This document shows positions 37,842 to 48,765 of a stretch of DNA of 64,000 nucleotides, in pieces (position 1 is the first letter of the stretch; the number at the start of each line of letters is the position of its first letter). The notes below the pieces were generated by a model, which worked only from the letters and a program-made list of their open reading frames with translations, searched no databases and was not told where the DNA came from. The DNA is from Schizochytrium sp. TIO01 (taxonomy: Eukaryota; Protista; Bigyra: Labyrinthulomycetes): assembly GCA_004764695.1 (NCBI GenBank), contig SMSO01000035.1:558001-622000 (forward strand), given 5' to 3'. The position numbers were made by a program, and so were the translations under genes.

Positions 37842-38712
37842 TCTGCTTGTGGGAGCTGCGTTCCTCAGGGTTTGAGCCTATGCTCCGTTTGAGTTAACGT
37901 GATCTGCAAACTAGGTAGTAGTTTTTGTCAAGCCACTATAGCAGTGAACCTGTATACGTCTTTGAATTTGCTAAACCTTGAAGATCTAGAAGTGTTGTCA
38001 ATTGTCCAAGATGATGACAACTCCTTCGCATGAGACACGTTTGAGTTTTGGTGCAACCTTGGCATGCATGCAGTTTCTGGTTAGCATGTAGGGCATGAAG
38101 CTTACTTTACCTGTATGCAAATTTAAGCTACTCTTACTGACCTGTTATTCAGAGGATGCTCCTAGAAGTCTAATAGCCCACCCACACTCAGACTCTAAGT
38201 ATAACTACTACTACTGACATACTAACCCTGTACTATTATAATGGTACTACTAGTACTACCTTCGTAATTTTGTAAGCAAGACAAAAAGTCAAAAAGCGTT
38301 CGAAGTTCACGCAAAATCAAAATTTTAGCGGGGTACATATTCAACGGGAAAACACTAATGGATTTCGTATTAGCACATATGACAATCTCAATAGTTCTAA
38401 ACTATTCAAGTTCTCTATATAGTTTTTTTAAGTTAAAAAAATAAATAGATATAGGGCCTATATAGAAACTTTTATCCCATAGATTATGGCGCTAACTTGA
38501 GTTTTGACCCAGAGAATCTATAGGAGCAGCCTCTAAATCTGATTGATGTAGGTAGGAACCTAGGGTAACTAGCGCCTAGCTAGACTTGTTGAAGTAGAAT
38601 GACCAGTAGTCAATACATACCTAATACTACTACTTCTAAACTTGGAAGAACATGAAAAGTTGTTTGTAATTTAAGGAAGTTTTAAGGTGCTAAGGTGGAC
38701 TTGAAGAGATTG

Positions 38713-41700
38713 TTAGTAAGCGTTATGAGGAGACGTTACTGCGTTAGGAAGCCTTGGAATCTTGATGGAACTCTCAGACATAGTGTTAAGGGAATCGTCA
38801 ACAGCTTGAGAGGATTCTTCAACAATCGCAACGAACTCTTCTTCGAGTTCTCGAGGCTTGAAGTCAAGGATGAAAGAGCTTAATAGCTCCTCTCTTGTCG
38901 AAGAAGCTTTCGCAAGCGTGAAATTGATGGTATCTTGAAGTATGTCAGCAAAAGTAGCAAATTGCAACCTCCGATGTTCCATCAGGTCAGAATTTCCATT
39001 GGATGGCATAATACTTTCTGCAAGTGCTGCAATAGCGTTATCACCATGCAAAAGGCCATTGATTACAGCCATAACATGCACTCCGCAGTCATAGCCATTT
39101 TCTTGATGACCAGACAATTTCTTGACTGACCAGTTAGATTCATCCAACTCCAGCTGTCGGAGAATGCTCTTATTCCTTTCGTCATGACGACCATCATCAC
39201 TGTTTTTGAGAGGGTCATAAGAATAGAGAGTTTTATCCTCAACACACAGCATCACCAAGGTCCAATGGCTCTGAGCTAAAAGGGGCATCATGATTCTCTT
39301 TACATGGGGAGGGAATAGCAGAGTGGGTAATGAATTACTATTCTTGAACTTGACAAATTCACGTTGCTCGTGAGAACTCTTGAAAAATTTTCTCAAGGCT
39401 GTATCCAAGTCCTCCTTAATACTTGTGTGGCGAAAAGATGTAAAGAAAACCGTCTCGCGACGTCGTTCTTCAACGCTCACCTGTTTCACCTGAAGCATTT
39501 GCAAGTAAAGATCCATCAAAAAGTTTGAGACGCACTTTGTAGGAGATACTGAGCTCGAGCTCATCATTGCATGGTCAAGCAAGAGTTTCAACTGAATATC
39601 AGACTTGACACATCCTTGGGTACGTATCTGAGGAAATTCTGGCAAAGAAACTGGCAAAAGGTCACTCGTATGAAGCATATCAGCCATCTTCTTTAAGATC
39701 ACTACATAGTCATCCCTAAGAGATTTCTCAGCAGGTGACATGTTGCTGTCTCTGATAGGAGACAAATAAGAAGGATAATTCTTAAACATGTGCCGCGGTA
39801 GCTTTAGTAGCTCATCCTCTCGCCAAATTTTGATCTCTCCGTCGCAAGAGCCATTGGATGGCGCATGAACCTTTGAACGACGGTGGAGGCATCTACTACA
39901 AAAATATCGATGGTTTAGCTTCGAGGAACATCGCCAAGACTTCCCGTGTATGAGAACATCCCGGAGATCAAGAGGATCAGCAACACCAGCAGGACGAGCC
40001 CTGTGTAAGTCAACCCAGGGAGCGTAAGGAGAAACCCCCGGTGAACAGTCAAGAGCAACTGCACAGTCATCACGTTTGCCTAAATGAGAACTTCTGCCAA
40101 GCAACTCTAAAAGTACTTCATGTTGATAACCCGACTCGCTGCGGCGCAAAGACTCTTGAAGAGCGGCCGCCTGTTCTGAGCTAAGCGATATTAACGGGGG
40201 TTTCTCGAGCGTCCTCAAGTCAATCGGCCTTGCACCAGAACGTAAAAAGGCGGATTCCACCTTTGCATGGCACTGGCTTGCTTCGTAGGGGATTTGTGAT
40301 TGCACCCTGCACTTGCGTATCATATCGCGAATATTCCTTTCGCTCTTCTCGGTCACATCGGTGGGTTTGATATCAGGGATGATGCCTTTAAGAAGAGATG
40401 GCTGGCGTACGAATGAGTTCCATAAATGTGTAAATACTCGTGCACTTTTAGTGCTGCCAGCTGATGCCTCAAGAGTAAAGCCATACTCTCTAAGAAGAGT
40501 TGTGAAGAGTTTTCGCTCATTTCTCTCTGCAACACTGAGATTAGGACCACTAGGAAATGGCGTCGTTGGCTTCAAGAGATACATGCCAGAAGGGCGGCTT
40601 CGCTTTGTATGCCTCTTTGCGACTTCATCAGCATCTCCGTCCTTGGGTATCGGGGCGCTAAGATTCTTCGCAGCAAAACTCGTCTCAACCTGCTTGCTAT
40701 AGGTCATCTGAGTGCATGTGCTCTTTTTGATCATGAGTTGGACAGGGCTCAACTTGAAGGCAAACCATGAGAATCTTCTTGGCGAAGAATAGGAGACATG
40801 AGCTTTAGCTGCTGCAAACGCAGACAGTATGTCGTCATCCTTAATCACGTCGGGCGGGGTTCTGGCCGGCGGAGATCGAGGTTTGCGATCTACTCTGCTC
40901 CTCGTAGGTGCAATAACGTGCCCAATTGATACCTTAAATTTTGCTTGATTTCCGATTTCTGCATCACTTGGTACTTTACTGACTTTATATTCTCCACCAG
41001 TCAACGTCATCGTCAAAACTTCAACTTGAAATAGGTGGCCAACAGCCTCTGTTATATAAGCCACAACACTGCTAAGCTGGAGCTTTTCGTTAGGCTTTGC
41101 TTTTTTACTGACTTCCTCCAAGAGCTTGATGGAAATTCCTGCACCAGCTGGAGAAGCAAGAACTTCAAGCCCCAAATTTTTCAGAATCATTTGCTTTAAT
41201 GCTTGCTTGCCTTTGACAAATTCAAGGTTGCTTATGAGCGAGCGTAATTTAGACAAGATGTCCGGCTGATTGTTATATGCCATTGCCATGAGGATAGCCC
41301 AGACTTGCTCCACAAGATTCAAAGGCTTCATTGGTGGTTCGCATTTAAGTGCCTTTTTTATATTTAGGCAACAATCCTTCACCTCAGGCACCTCTACACT
41401 ACTTGTGTAAGGGCCAACCTGGGGTGATTCTTTTTCTGACCTTGTGTTACAAATATCATTATCACCAAGAAGAGGGAGAAGTGATAGGCCCATGCTTAGG
41501 GCTGGGTCAACAGAAGCGGGTAAGACTGTCTCTGGAAAAGGTACATCATCATGAGGATAGTGGACACGAAATAAACTGTTGATACGAAGGCGATGGACCA
41601 AAGATGAGTGTAGGTCAACTCGAGGCATTTTCTTATGGATTGGATGTAACTCTGAGGCCCGGAGGCGGTTTGCCCTTAAAGCTGCATACAGTAAAATGGT

Positions 41701-44226
41701 ATCTCCTCGAAGTACACTGACACATCTGCTTCCAATCAATTCATTCAAGACTCGATGGAAACGTTCACGAGCACTAGTTCCTCTTGCTGTAATATGTTTG
41801 CCATCAGTTGTTGCTGTGTAAATGAATTCATTGAATGTAGCGTCAGGATCACTGAGGCAATCGTATTCAACATGTCTGAGCATGTTATTAAAGAATTCCA
41901 AAAGATCATCCCCTTTTGAACTATTGCTATCACAATCGGGGTTTGAAGACTTTGCCTTTGAGCGAAAAAGTCTCACAGCTCTGCGATTAGAAGGCAGTTT
42001 GCTATGTAATGTTGTACCGCGCCCTGTTCTACTTAGGAGTGCTCTTACTTCTTCTTCCAGTTTCTCTACACTTTTGTTTTTACTCCTTCTTTTGACTTTC
42101 TTAAAGAAATCTGTGCGTAAATTTTCCATAGCAGCCTCAGCGTCTGTCTCAAGAAAAGCATACAGAGTAGATGTAATGCGGATGAACAAATCATCTTTGT
42201 TTGGTATGCGACGCTCAATCTCACGACGTCGCTTTCTATTTAAATTAATCACCTCATCATCACCATCTTCTTGGATTTTCCCCTCCTCTACATCTCCGTT
42301 ATCTTCCTCGTGCTCGATTTCTTTCAGAGATTCTGAAAATAGACTTTCATTAGGGGAAAAAACTGCAGCACTCAAGCAATTAAAGAATTGTTTACGCAAA
42401 GGGTGGCTTGGAGGGACGTTCATTACATCTTTAAAGCGGTTAAGCCAATGGAAAGCATTGAGTTTGACCGGGACATTGGGCCAGATTGACTTGATTTGAC
42501 TACGAACTAAGCAACAATTATCAGTATAAATGATCTTTGGAGCATAGCCTTTTTCTCCAGCCATCTCTTTCCGATGATTATCAAAATCTTTTAGCGCAAT
42601 AAACATTTCACCAGCCAATTTTTCCCCTTCACGAAGTCCCTGGACCCAAACGATTTGATTAAATTCATTTGCAATCGTCATAATGGCTGCAAAAGGTTGA
42701 ATCACGCGAACTTTACCTTCGTCATTCCTTATTGTCACCTTTATTTGCTTTGCGAACTTAAAAGTGCAGTCAACTCGAAGAATGTTGGCTTCAGCACTTA
42801 CTATCTCACGTAGCATTGGTCTTGCCATTTCGGTGAATAAATCAGTATTTACATCATCTAAGAAAAAACGATGAAGCTGAAAACCATTGTATCCATCGGG
42901 ATTATCAAAATTACCAAATGATTCGGGGCCTTTTGACTTGTCACGAGAAGCCATGGCCTCCTTCACTTTGGTCTCTTCCTCAGTGATTTCCTGTCGTCTA
43001 GCTTTATTACGCAACTCCCGTTCTTCCTTTTCGTGAACAAGTTGCTTCACTTCACTAACTGTTAAAGAGGAACTATCCTCCCACAGTTTCTTTACAGCTT
43101 TGTGTGCCTTCTGAAGAGCAGATCTTACACGTATTGGCCTAAAGTTTTTCCCAGAAGCAATTATGGCAAAATTTTCTTTCAACCATGCATTTTGATCCTT
43201 TGACTGGACATAGTCTTCTGTCAGCATCATCACATCGGTGACAAGCATAGGCTCTCTGGATTTCGCGCGATCTTCATCAAAGCGCCAACCCACCTGACTG
43301 AGTTTGCTCTTGAGGTGTGGGGTCAAACCAGAACAACTTGTCGGCAAATCCTGCAGTTTCCACTTCGCCAAAGTACAAGCTCGTAGCTCTCGGTCATGCC
43401 GGCGTTGAGAGACAAACTCAATGTCAGCTTGACCATTGATTCGTTTCTGCCACGCAAAGAGTCCAGCTACGGTATTAGGTTCAGCTACCTTTGGTGGATG
43501 GCGTGCGATGTCAGGATCTAGATTAGCAAGGTAGTACTCCTCGCGAACCTGCTCAAAGCGACGCACATGGGCACCCAGGACACTATCAAGAGCTTGCTGT
43601 CCACACCTTACCCAGATATCATATGAGAACTTCGCCAGCGGCCTCTCAATCATATACTTCTTACGATTTATTACAAAGAAGCGGTGCCGAGTTAATTCGG
43701 GACAGGTTCTCAAGAAATCGTCTGTCGTGTTCCGGAAAGTCCTTCTACATCCGCTGTATCTGCATTGGTATTGTCGACCAACCAAAAGCCAGGTTGCCTC
43801 AAGAGCAACAACCTCGCGAGTGTCTTTAATGTCGACCCATTTACCAGTTCGATGGTCAACTGAGTGATCACAATGCGGACAGAATAGTTTATCTTGCATT
43901 TCGTGAAACATCTTTGCTGGATACCAAGTTCCAACAGCTCTAGAATAAAAGTATTCCTTATCATACCGATTAGCACGGTCCGGCTTTCGCGAAGGCCACC
44001 ACAACCAAGCTTTCTTATTACTTGTGTCAAACCGTTCACGAGCATCTCCGATCTTCATATTAGAAACCTTCATGGTGCAATCTTTAATAAATTTAATTTC
44101 GTATTCTCTAATGGACTTGCTACGACGATCTATATTAGGTTGGTCACGAGATTCATCCTCAACCTCCAGATCTGCAAACTCATCAATAGGCATGCCAATA
44201 TCCTCCTCCGTCATCATGATCTTCAC
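38713..44226 (-). CDS. DUF6729/Dada-like DDE transposase with C-terminal Ulp1 (C48) protease
   Basis: N-terminal Cys-rich block (LFCPHC...R.V......L....YQC...C...F); ILRVDCTFKFAK (D1, ~42770); NEFNQIV; IYTDNCC (D2, ~42521); KLNAFH (DxxH-like); CLSDP; RGTSARERFH (E, ~41765). C-terminal SHWTLV / YDPL / QENGYDCGVHV gives the H-D-C triad plus Q of Ulp1. The Dada assignment rests on recalled motifs, not a search. Confidence 0.75.
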   Translation of the reverse strand: MKIMMTEEDIGMPIDEFADLEVEDESRDQPNIDRRSKSIREYEIKFIKDCTMKVSNMKIGDARERFDTSNKKAWLWWPSRKPDRANRYDKEYFYSRAVGTWYPAKMFHEMQDKLFCPHCDHSVDHRTGKWVDIKDTREVVALEATWLLVGRQYQCRYSGCRRTFRNTTDDFLRTCPELTRHRFFVINRKKYMIERPLAKFSYDIWVRCGQQALDSVLGAHVRRFEQVREEYYLANLDPDIARHPPKVAEPNTVAGLFAWQKRINGQADIEFVSQRRHDRELRACTLAKWKLQDLPTSCSGLTPHLKSKLSQVGWRFDEDRAKSREPMLVTDVMMLTEDYVQSKDQNAWLKENFAIIASGKNFRPIRVRSALQKAHKAVKKLWEDSSSLTVSEVKQLVHEKEERELRNKARRQEITEEETKVKEAMASRDKSKGPESFGNFDNPDGYNGFQLHRFFLDDVNTDLFTEMARPMLREIVSAEANILRVDCTFKFAKQIKVTIRNDEGKVRVIQPFAAIMTIANEFNQIVWVQGLREGEKLAGEMFIALKDFDNHRKEMAGEKGYAPKIIYTDNCCLVRSQIKSIWPNVPVKLNAFHWLNRFKDVMNVPPSHPLRKQFFNCLSAAVFSPNESLFSESLKEIEHEEDNGDVEEGKIQEDGDDEVINLNRKRRREIERRIPNKDDLFIRITSTLYAFLETDAEAAMENLRTDFFKKVKRRSKNKSVEKLEEEVRALLSRTGRGTTLHSKLPSNRRAVRLFRSKAKSSNPDCDSNSSKGDDLLEFFNNMLRHVEYDCLSDPDATFNEFIYTATTDGKHITARGTSARERFHRVLNELIGSRCVSVLRGDTILLYAALRANRLRASELHPIHKKMPRVDLHSSLVHRLRINSLFRVHYPHDDVPFPETVLPASVDPALSMGLSLLPLLGDNDICNTRSEKESPQVGPYTSSVEVPEVKDCCLNIKKALKCEPPMKPLNLVEQVWAILMAMAYNNQPDILSKLRSLISNLEFVKGKQALKQMILKNLGLEVLASPAGAGISIKLLEEVSKKAKPNEKLQLSSVVAYITEAVGHLFQVEVLTMTLTGGEYKVSKVPSDAEIGNQAKFKVSIGHVIAPTRSRVDRKPRSPPARTPPDVIKDDDILSAFAAAKAHVSYSSPRRFSWFAFKLSPVQLMIKKSTCTQMTYSKQVETSFAAKNLSAPIPKDGDADEVAKRHTKRSRPSGMYLLKPTTPFPSGPNLSVAERNERKLFTTLLREYGFTLEASAGSTKSARVFTHLWNSFVRQPSLLKGIIPDIKPTDVTEKSERNIRDMIRKCRVQSQIPYEASQCHAKVESAFLRSGARPIDLRTLEKPPLISLSSEQAAALQESLRRSESGYQHEVLLELLGRSSHLGKRDDCAVALDCSPGVSPYAPWVDLHRARPAGVADPLDLRDVLIHGKSWRCSSKLNHRYFCSRCLHRRSKVHAPSNGSCDGEIKIWREDELLKLPRHMFKNYPSYLSPIRDSNMSPAEKSLRDDYVVILKKMADMLHTSDLLPVSLPEFPQIRTQGCVKSDIQLKLLLDHAMMSSSSVSPTKCVSNFLMDLYLQMLQVKQVSVEERRRETVFFTSFRHTSIKEDLDTALRKFFKSSHEQREFVKFKNSNSLPTLLFPPHVKRIMMPLLAQSHWTLVMLCVEDKTLYSYDPLKNSDDGRHDERNKSILRQLELDESNWSVKKLSGHQENGYDCGVHVMAVINGLLHGDNAIAALAESIMPSNGNSDLMEHRRLQFATFADILQDTINFTLAKASSTREELLSSFILDFKPRELEEEFVAIVEESSQAVDDSLNTMSESSIKIPRLPNAVTSPHNAY

Positions 44227-45615
44227 AGAATTAATCCGTAGTTGAAGTTCTGCGAACCATCAGCTGGAGACCCAGATTGAATAAACTCGTTACTAAGTTC
44301 TTGTAATAGTAGTTGACCCAAATTCTATGCACCCCTATATCCGTTAGTTAGTATTCTATATATGAGAAACAGGATCATTATATTTGTGAGGTAAATCTTC
44401 TCCCCACTAGCCAACACGACTGTGATTAAAGCGTAGGTTCTCTCCCATTCACAGAAAGATTAATCCTTCTATTATTTTCTTCTCCCCCCTATTACACTGA
44501 TCAAAAAATCATAGTAATCTACTATTAGTTAGATAGCTTAAACTAAATTTTTCATTATAGAAAGGCCAGGACCACCCACTTCTGTCTCTTGCAGTATCAC
44601 TTAACTGGTTCTAGATAGCCAAAACGAGGACGACAATTTTTACAAACTGATTTAGCTTCCCTATATTAACATGGTCATCAATGTACAAGATAGTTTTTCG
44701 TCATATTCGTCAACATGCAAAGTAACTTGAGCCACCTTAAAAAAATACTACTTGCAGAACCCCTTTTGTTTTTGCGGAACCCCTTTTTTTACTTCTTTTT
44801 TTTTTCTCTGTACGGCATGTACAAAACAGGGGGTGTTCTGGCGAGGCTATGCGAAATTTTTCTAAACGTCCATGTTAGCATTACATGATTTCCCACTGAT
44901 ATTGTTCTGATTGAAGAAAATAGAATGTGACAGTGATGACCTGGACCGGAGACTTATCAGAACTATACCATGAAGATCTCTATTTATTTACTCCAAGTTG
45001 GGTAAAAATTATCGTTTCTAGTCCGAGATTATCAGTGTATTTTTGTTTTGTAAAACTTGGGGGTCTTACAAAACAATCACTCACAAGGATCATTCTTTTT
45101 TCTCTATGACGCTATAACCCTGGCTATTTTTGAAAGAAAAAAAAAATCGGATAAACTTTTATTTTTCCGGTAGAATATTTCAGGACTTATTACGTCCCGG
45201 TAAATATGTACCTACTTGAGTCATTGATCAATTCAACAGTCTAGCTCTGTTCGGGATGAAACTCGTTTAGTTTACCCCCCTGACCTCAACTGTCCATATA
45301 TTATCGCGTTCTCATGATTCTCCGATTGATAGTTGAGTTTAGGACCAACAATGACATTCTCAGTGGTGTTTAAGTGGTGGTTAGGTTAACAGGTACTTGA
45401 CACATGGTTGTTAGGTTCTCCCACGGTACCTGTTCTACCAGACAATTAATACTGATAAACATCAATATCTTGCGCCAGCATGTAGTGCCAGCAGTACCAA
45501 CAAAAGTACATCAGACCTTACTTCATCGTCCACTTGCTAGTCTACTTGGGATCTATCAGCACTTCCCTCAGCGAAGGGGTCCATTGGCGCTTGAGTTTAA
45601 CGTCAGCTGTGTGTC

Positions 45616-48600
45616 ATGTCTCTAGATGACGTCGAGAATGACAAGGACTCAATCTACGTTTCCTCTGATGAGTCTTCTTCTGATGAAGACGAGAACGATC
45701 TCTATGAGTGTTCATCGACAAGTACTCCTGGCCATGAAAACTGGACCTTTCAATCTTACTCCACTGAAGGCGCAAAGTACCACAGCAACCTATCTGGGTC
45801 TCAACTTGGCATGGACGCAGTCCAACTCAAGTACAATTGCTCAAGCGAATTAATGCTCCCCAAGGTTCAAAAAGAAAGTTCGGAGATTACTAAAAGGATT
45901 CGAAAGGTTCTTCGTGTTGACAAGAACTACAAATTTACCAGGCTTGATAGTTTCAAGATTTGTTTGCCGCCAGGCTGGGTGATTGCAGTTAAGGAATGGT
46001 TGAATAGTCTTAGCTCAAACGCATCTCCGCCATTTTCTATCACGGATCAAGATTTCCGTGCCTACCTTCTCGTTGAAATTTCTCTGCGAGTTGCAGGAAA
46101 GTCGTTCGAGGAGTGTCTTGAGGACCCACCAGGTCATTGGACTCCAGCCCATGCGGTATCCTATTCAAAAGTTCGAAAGGCAATGAGCCTGGACAAGTCC
46201 AATCGGGCAACAAAAGGGTCACGCGAGGCTAGAGTATGCTCCTCAAGTCCGATCATCCATGAAATGGGAGATGCTGCTCAGCGCCATTGGGTGAAGATGT
46301 TCTTTGTCCCTAAAGCCACTTGGATCGATCTTGATGACGACAAGCTTCCCTATGGTTCTCCTCAGTGGGAGCATTTTGGAATTCGTACTATTACAACGAA
46401 AACAAAAAAACAGAAACCCGTGATACATCTTGTGTGCTCTGCGGGTACAGGTCTGCTCCTAGTACCACGGTTAGAGACTTCCCACTCACCTGTTCATAAA
46501 ATTGTAAGCAAGGCAATAGATTCTCTGAATGAGGGGGAGTCAGGAGAAAGCCCTGATGCGTCTGTGTCTTCAGAGCTTCATGTATTCATTGATCGTGGTT
46601 ATCTGGCATTATCGAAACCTCAGGATATGGATCGTGCAACAAACATAACTCAAATTCTTCAGTCAAAGGGAGTCAAATTTCTAGGAACTTGTCGCAAGAC
46701 CTCGTCATTCCCGTTTATAGATGTTGAAGGACCAGTTCCTGCCACGCCTGTGAGGGGAAGTCAAACTATCATTAACAGGAATGGCCGTCGAAGCACCTAC
46801 ACCGCTCAAAGATACCAGAATGGCGATTTTGTTGCTGCGATGATGATGCGTCACGGTGCGGGAAAGCATAGAGTTGCACAACTCATCACGAACGACCGTT
46901 GTTTGGCTGACCAAGTTTGGAGTTACGAAGTACTTCCTGCTGGAGTAGATTGGAACTCACCAGGTGGTGTAAAGCGTGTTCCACATGCTGAGATTGAGAT
47001 AGAGCCGTGTGACATGAGTACATATAAGATGGAGGCACAAGCTAATCATAAAATTAATCTTGTGAACGCCAATATCTTCTCAATAACAATTTCCCAAAGA
47101 ACACCTGACTGGTTTATGGCTCGGCAGTTTAGAATTACAAGCACCGGTGCTTTTACCTGTATCAACTTTAAAAATGCTCCATTCGTTCATTCGGATGAGC
47201 TTATGGCCTTACACCACGATGTGAAATCGTTCGCTTGTCTCGACCCGCAACGAATTATCTCATTATTCCCCCGTCCTAATAAGCGTTCCTCTTGTTCATC
47301 CGAAGGGGCTCAGAAGCAATATAAAAGGAAGCGTCAAGGGGAGGGTCTTATTCTTGAATATACATACTGGATGCAATGTATGAACAAAGATGAGCTTATC
47401 CAAAAGTTACTTTCTTTGGATGTAGGTGCAAAGACTGATGGCAAAAAGATCGAACTAGCCAAGCGGATCGTAGACATCCTATCAAGAACTATAGATCATG
47501 AAACGGTCTCAAACGGAGAACTATCTTCCTTACAGGAAGACATACACCCTCAGCATGCATCTCAGGAGTCCACTACTCAAGACCTGCTGGAAATGAGTGA
47601 CAGTAGTGACATTGGGGACAGCTTTCCCTTGCACAATTCTGAAACGATTGATGATAACCATACATGCACTTTCGAGGAACGCCAGAAATCATTTCTTAGA
47701 ACAATCACACCAAGTTGGTTTATGAAGCCTATTCAAAATGGGTTTTCGAATCATAAAAACCCACTGGCTATGGGGATTGAAAATGAAGCAGACGTGGCGA
47801 AAGATCTTTCCAGATGGGTTAAGAAAGCAAGTTCCAATAAATTCTGTATTCTCCAGCTACGCAAATATGGTCTGGTTATTAATCGGGAAGTCCAATTTGT
47901 AGCAGACTCACCCGACGGTGCAGCTGTTCTTTTGAGGAATACAGAGCTAGAAGGAAACAATTTTGTTATAGATGATGTATTTGCCTTAGAAATCAAAACA
48001 AGTACAAATGCCAAAACTATAGATGAGTTAAAGTCTCGAGTTGCTGGTCAGAGTGCGTGGCACGAATGCAAATGTGGAACAAGTGAGTTCGAGTCGTTAG
48101 TCCCAAATCCGTCGTTTCGAACTCAGTGTATCCATCATGCAGCTACTTTAGATGTCCCTTACACCCTCCTTATATATGCCACAACTGAGGAAATCATGCA
48201 AGGAGTGCTAATCAAAGTCTCATGTGCCCAGCGCCAGGCATGGCGTGAGTATTTCAAAGCGTTGAGTGATGAATACATGGGCTTTGCTTATGGCAATCAA
48301 CTTGGTAGGTTTCCTCGTTTTGCACCAGACCAATCTCCAGACTGGGGTTATGCTGTGGATTTACACAGTGCCGAACTCGCTTTGCAGCTTTGGCGGAGGC
48401 ATAGTGACGACGTGTTGGTCAACGGAACCCCACCGCCTTGCAAACGCCTACTGCCTTTGACTGTTAGTGTCTGGAATAAGATGATGGGCGGAGTTGATAT
48501 CACTAGAAAAACTATCAATGGAGCGAGCATTCGTACTTCAAAGCTGACTCCTAATGCTTTGGTTTGTTTAACATTCATTGACTATATTTTATACAACTCG

Positions 48601-48765
48601 TTTCGAGCGTATCAGCTCCTCTCAATGGAGCATCGGAACCTCACATCGAAGTGTAAAACAATTACGGAATGGTCAATGCAACGCAAAAATCTGTGCTGCT
48701 ATAGAGGCTATCTAAGTAGTCTCGCGGAAGAAATTAGTCTCAATGGAATCCCTTTACCCATTTGA
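45616..48765 (+). CDS. piggyBac-like DDD transposase with inserted YqaJ/lambda-exonuclease domain and SAP-like motif
   Basis: piggyBac-type motifs: WIDLDDDKLPY, VFIDRGY, KGVKFLGTCRK, WNKMMGGVDI and IDYILYNSFRAY. Between D2 and D3 lie YqaJ motifs QRTPDWFMARQFRITST, MGIENE, YGLVIN..FVADSPDG, LEIK and RTQCIHH. SAP-like MNKDELIQKLLSLDVGAKTDGKKIELAKRI. Confidence 0.8.
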   Translation: MSLDDVENDKDSIYVSSDESSSDEDENDLYECSSTSTPGHENWTFQSYSTEGAKYHSNLSGSQLGMDAVQLKYNCSSELMLPKVQKESSEITKRIRKVLRVDKNYKFTRLDSFKICLPPGWVIAVKEWLNSLSSNASPPFSITDQDFRAYLLVEISLRVAGKSFEECLEDPPGHWTPAHAVSYSKVRKAMSLDKSNRATKGSREARVCSSSPIIHEMGDAAQRHWVKMFFVPKATWIDLDDDKLPYGSPQWEHFGIRTITTKTKKQKPVIHLVCSAGTGLLLVPRLETSHSPVHKIVSKAIDSLNEGESGESPDASVSSELHVFIDRGYLALSKPQDMDRATNITQILQSKGVKFLGTCRKTSSFPFIDVEGPVPATPVRGSQTIINRNGRRSTYTAQRYQNGDFVAAMMMRHGAGKHRVAQLITNDRCLADQVWSYEVLPAGVDWNSPGGVKRVPHAEIEIEPCDMSTYKMEAQANHKINLVNANIFSITISQRTPDWFMARQFRITSTGAFTCINFKNAPFVHSDELMALHHDVKSFACLDPQRIISLFPRPNKRSSCSSEGAQKQYKRKRQGEGLILEYTYWMQCMNKDELIQKLLSLDVGAKTDGKKIELAKRIVDILSRTIDHETVSNGELSSLQEDIHPQHASQESTTQDLLEMSDSSDIGDSFPLHNSETIDDNHTCTFEERQKSFLRTITPSWFMKPIQNGFSNHKNPLAMGIENEADVAKDLSRWVKKASSNKFCILQLRKYGLVINREVQFVADSPDGAAVLLRNTELEGNNFVIDDVFALEIKTSTNAKTIDELKSRVAGQSAWHECKCGTSEFESLVPNPSFRTQCIHHAATLDVPYTLLIYATTEEIMQGVLIKVSCAQRQAWREYFKALSDEYMGFAYGNQLGRFPRFAPDQSPDWGYAVDLHSAELALQLWRRHSDDVLVNGTPPPCKRLLPLTVSVWNKMMGGVDITRKTINGASIRTSKLTPNALVCLTFIDYILYNSFRAYQLLSMEHRNLTSKCKTITEWSMQRKNLCCYRGYLSSLAEEISLNGIPLPI

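Noticed and set aside
38290-38385. U6 snRNA-like words (AAGCGTTC, CACGCAAA, AGCACATAT) near the Dada-like ORF as a possible target gene
   Set aside because: The matches are short, out of order and lack the ACAGAGA core, consistent with chance.
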